Below, piece after piece: positions 60,305-64,000 of a DNA stretch of 64,000 bases (position 1 is its first letter; every line of letters begins with the position of its first letter). The stretch is from Eledone cirrhosa (taxonomy: Eukaryota). A model generated the notes under the pieces. It saw only the letters and a list, made by a program, of their open reading frames with translations. It did no database searches and was not told the origin of the DNA. The translations under genes were made by a program, and so were the position numbers. The DNA lies in contig OZ024742.1 in the NCBI GenBank assembly GCA_964016885.1, positions 259,222,001-259,286,000 of the forward strand, in the 5' to 3' direction.

Positions 60305-60790
60305 GGTATGTTTACGAGTTAAATTTGGAAAACTTAAGCTATGAATTTGAAAACTGAATTTTGACACGTATGTACATGAACAGATTAGCGTGATCCGCAT
60401 ATAGAGCTGTCGGTTTTCTCGGGCCGAAAAATAGAATTGTTAGCTCAAACATACATATACTTATATGTATACAACTATGTTAGGGTAAACACCTTGATTC
60501 TATTTTCCGGCCCAGCCAGCCGACAGCTTTATATGCAAATGAGGCTAATCACCTCATGTACATAGGTCTTAAAACAATATGTTTTCGCCTATATTGAGTT
60601 CTAGTAGAGAGCAGGGTAAGCGAGCACTGATTTGATAATGACGAGAATCAGAAATGATGACGTGTTTGTCGTCAGTTACCCACCCTTTGTTTCTGCTGGA
60701 ATCCGGTAGATGACGCTACGTCATCAGTTTCCAAATTCATAACTGAAAGCTTTCAACTTTTCTATTCGTAAACATACCGTATATCGCTAG
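60232..60790. repeat. Nested inverted-repeat (foldback-like) structure
   Basis: Outer arms 60301-60356 / 60722-60789; inner arms 60369-60438 / 60496-60564. Confidence 0.75.
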
Positions 60791-60932
60791 ATATAAAAAT
60801 ACGCATACTTATATAAATGCAGCTATGTTAAAGCTTACACTTTCATAATGATAATAATTGTTTATATTTAGGGCGCAAGGCCGGCAATTATTTCAGTGCA
60901 TTACTGGTACTTTATTTTATCGACCCCGTAAG

Positions 60933-61220
60933 GAGTGGGAGTTAAAAAGGATTTGGAACTGCCATGAGATCAAGGTTGTCCCGATTGTCATAGGAGCACT
61001 AGGTACTATCTCAAGGAGTTTCCAAGGTTAAAGAATATTAGTCCAGCCCCGTTTTTTGGAACACTTCAAAATGCATGCTGGCTTGGAACAGCAAGAACCC
61101 TCCGCATAAGTCCTGAATATATGAGGCTGCTGGTATCGGCTTGATATTCATTCCAACAAACTTTCCAGTTAAATAACATCAATGACTGCGACTCAAAGAA
61201 CAATAATAATAATAATAATA
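60933..61220 (+). pseudogene. R4/Dong-clade LINE 3' end with (AAT)n tail
   Basis: WELKRIWNCHEIKVVPIVIGALGTIS...LQNACWLGTARTLR/VLNI*; short UTR, then (AAT)n. Confidence 0.88.
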
Positions 61221-61221
61221 A

Positions 61222-61403
61222 TTGTTTCTACTTTTGGCACAAGGCCAGCAATTATCCCAGTACATTCCTGGTAGTTTATTTTATCGACCACGTAAGGATG
61301 AAAGGCAATGTTGGCCTCGGCACAATTTTAACTCAGTTCGTAAAGGGGCGTAGCTATGCTGGAAAGCATGGCCTCGAACCCTCTACTCTACCAAAACTGC
61401 TAA
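61222..61403 (-). mobile_element. tRNA-derived SINE, main family
   Basis: rc match to 29701-29878; a truncated copy also lies at 60858-60932. Confidence 0.85.
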
Positions 61404-61404
61404 C

Positions 61405-61692
61405 GGTTCTTTATTGGTCACGAGGGCTAACATGAAGAAAAACATTACAGATGGTACAGAACAGTATAGGTCCACCAGGGCAAGCGCCCTCTCTCAATTC
61501 TCCCAAACCTGAGTCTACAGGCCCATACTCAGAGCAGGCCTTTTCACTCGGACCAGACTCGCCACTTTCAACCACCGTTCAATAAACTTACGATAAGAGA
61601 GCACTTGCCTCTCCACCCTGATTTTCCTCTTCAAATGAAATTTGAAAAAGTTAATCAGGGATTCGCCGAAGGGGAAAGCGTCCGTCTTCAAT
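61405..61692 (-). pseudogene. Tx1/L1-clade LINE 3' end
   Basis: LINFFKFHLKRKIRVERQVLS..KFIERWLKVASLVRV...* homologous to 55700-55760; the 3' UTR ends in CCCTCGTGACCAATAAAGAA. Confidence 0.82.
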
Positions 61693-61754
61693 TTATATAT
61701 AAAAATATATCATACATTAAACGCTAGCATCAACAGTATTACAAGCGATGACAA

Positions 61755-61959
61755 CGGGAATGGGCCTGTTATTTTTCTCTAAAAATATTGTTTACAATTC
61801 CATCCCTCTCGTCCCCTCAATCTATCTTATTTCTCATTCTTTCTTCTGATGAAAGTAGTGTCCGAAACGTTAAGATCCTCTTCCTGCTATATCAAGCGTT
61901 AACCTAATATATTCCTTCCATATACTGTACTGATTGTGCTGTTAATTCTGTTTACTTTT

Positions 61960-61965
<6 letters not shown>
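61755..61965 (+). mobile_element. Second copy of the 4345-4560 hammerhead-bearing repeat
   Basis: Colinear homology; TCTT-CTGATGA...GAAA-CG-TT-AAGA at 61842-61875; (TA)n tail. Confidence 0.78.
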
Positions 61966-62015
<50 letters not shown>

Positions 62016-62044
62016 AAAGAATAGAGGTGTAACACACAAGTTAT

Positions 62045-62356
62045 TATATATTGGTAAACGGAATAGAAAATGCTGACAAATTGTTCACAGTTGAAAAATG
62101 GTTTAATTAGGAATAAAAGAGTATTAGTGATTGTATGGGTTAGTATTCAGTTGTGGTTTTAAGATCAGAGCAAACAGCACGGACACTCTATCTCAAAATT
62201 ATTTTTGAAAAACATTTAGAAATGCGCAACCGGTAAACACTTAAAAACTTAAAACCACAACTGAATACTAACCCATACAATCACTAATACTCTTTTATTC
62301 CTAATTAAACCATTTTTCAACTGTGAACAATTTGTCAACATTTTCTATTCCGTTTA

Positions 62357-62366
<10 letters not shown>
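62045..62366. repeat. About 118-bp near-perfect inverted arms around an 84-bp spacer holding a degenerate UUGAAAA-type hammerhead
   Basis: 62045-62163 is the rc of 62248-62366 (one mismatch seen). Confidence 0.9.
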
Positions 62367-62400
<34 letters not shown>

Positions 62401-64000
62401 CATACATATATATATATGTATGTATGTATATATATATATATATTTGCATATATACACTTTTCTAGTCCACTCTCTTTTTTTTTTCGTTTACAAGTACCTT
62501 CTTTTCCAACATAGCTGTGTGAAGCCGTTCGTTTCGTGATCAACTGATTTCACATTCAGTCCTCAAGTGTCTTCTATTGCCTTTGATTCTGCAGGGCCTG
62601 GCAAATGAAATTTGATTGATAGAAACTGTGTGAAAGGTTGATGTATGTGTGTCTGTGAGCATGTGTATGTGTGTGTTTGTGCGTTTACATCTACTGTGTG
62701 ATTGGGCCCCCACAACATAGTGGATCAGCAATAGATAATAGATATAATTGCCAGGATTTTTTATATTTGCGTCTATATGTTCAAGGAAATTGCATTACGT
62801 CGGGACTCCAGCATGGCCGCAGACTAACGATTGAAAGTAGTAAAATAATACGTGATTTAAAAAGTTCCTTTGTATATTTTGGGACGGTATGTTCTCTTTA
62901 AACAAACACGCAAAATCGGTTTTATTTATAGGCAGGAAACTGACCAGTTGCTTTAGTAACTTGATGGTTATGTAATTGCCAAAGCTCTTTCGACATACAC
63001 ATTATGTGACCTTCTCAATGACTATTTTCGCCCTCTGAATCTCCTCTTCGTTTCGATTACTCCATCCTGTCTTTCTCTTGGATTTCATTGTTTTGTTTTA
63101 TTTTTAATTATACTTACTTTCATTCAATTTGTTTCACTCCTCTTGCACCAGTTTGAAACTGAAAGTTGTCTTAATTGAAAACCTGATCTGTCAAAAAATT
63201 GAAAAAAGAAATTATTTGTTCGTCTATTTATTTATTTATTTATTTATTTCGTTACTTCTTTCTTTCTTCAATCATTTTATTTTTATCTCTTGTTTAGGAA
63301 ATTAAAGCAATTGCCATGTTAATTAGAAACGAAAACTACTTTAGTTGGCATTGTTTTTGCTCTGCTTTTTTTTCTTATTGCTTTTCGTTTTCCATTTTGT
63401 GTGTGTTCTTGTGTTGCTCGGATATTTTTGCTTTTTTTGTTTAATGTGGATATTTTTTAGGGATGGTGTTTATTGTATTCTTGTTTGAGAAGTAATTTGC
63501 TTGTTATTATTTGTAGCTTTTGTTGTAGTTCTATTTGTTCTTCGGAGATCAAACATATGTGTTGGTTTGTTTACAAGACATGAGGTTTTATTTTAACCTT
63601 TGTTTTGTAGCTGTTGTAGTTGTTGCCGTTGTAACTGCTGTTGCATTTGTTAATTATGTCAATGCCAATGCATTCAATGTCTTCTTTTTCAGTTCCATTT
63701 GGAATTTCATGCTATTTTTACTCATGAATATTTAATAGAGTATAGTGATATATCATTATCATCACTATCATCATTATTATCATCGTTTGACTTCAGTGTA
63801 ACAAGTGGTCACAATACTACTTCATCAATTACAGCTCATGTGATAGGATGTTTAGCTTTCACCATGGCTAAGATTTTAATACCCAGGCCAAATTCGAAAT
63901 CATTTCCAGAGCATGCTCAAATACGCCCGTAACCAAGCGCACCATGAACTGGAACTTTATTTTAGCGATTCTAATAGGATGAAAACCATTTTGACACTCG

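Overview
This is AT-rich, microsatellite-saturated animal DNA, most likely from an octopod cephalopod (inferred from the tRNA-derived SINE families). I can support no intact host gene; almost all ORF-track entries are translations of (TA)n/(CA)n/(GA)n tracts. The window is a mosaic of degraded mobile elements: Penelope-like elements (PLEs, GIY-YIG fragments of two types), RTE, CRE, R4/Dong and Tx1-clade LINE fragments, an Hsmar2-like mariner deletion derivative, two non-autonomous Helitrons, a 1.75-kb long-inverted-repeat element and more than 20 tRNA-derived SINE copies. The most notable hidden system is a dense set of about 20 minimal type I hammerhead ribozyme motifs: four look fully intact, and others carry recurrent core variants (CCGANGA, UUGAAAA). 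They sit in at least ten distinct short repeat families that end in (TA)n and recurrently form inverted repeats. A second notable signal is a 3' tail shared between the dominant SINE and a Tx1-clade LINE. All calls are from reading the sequence by eye; no searches or folding were run.
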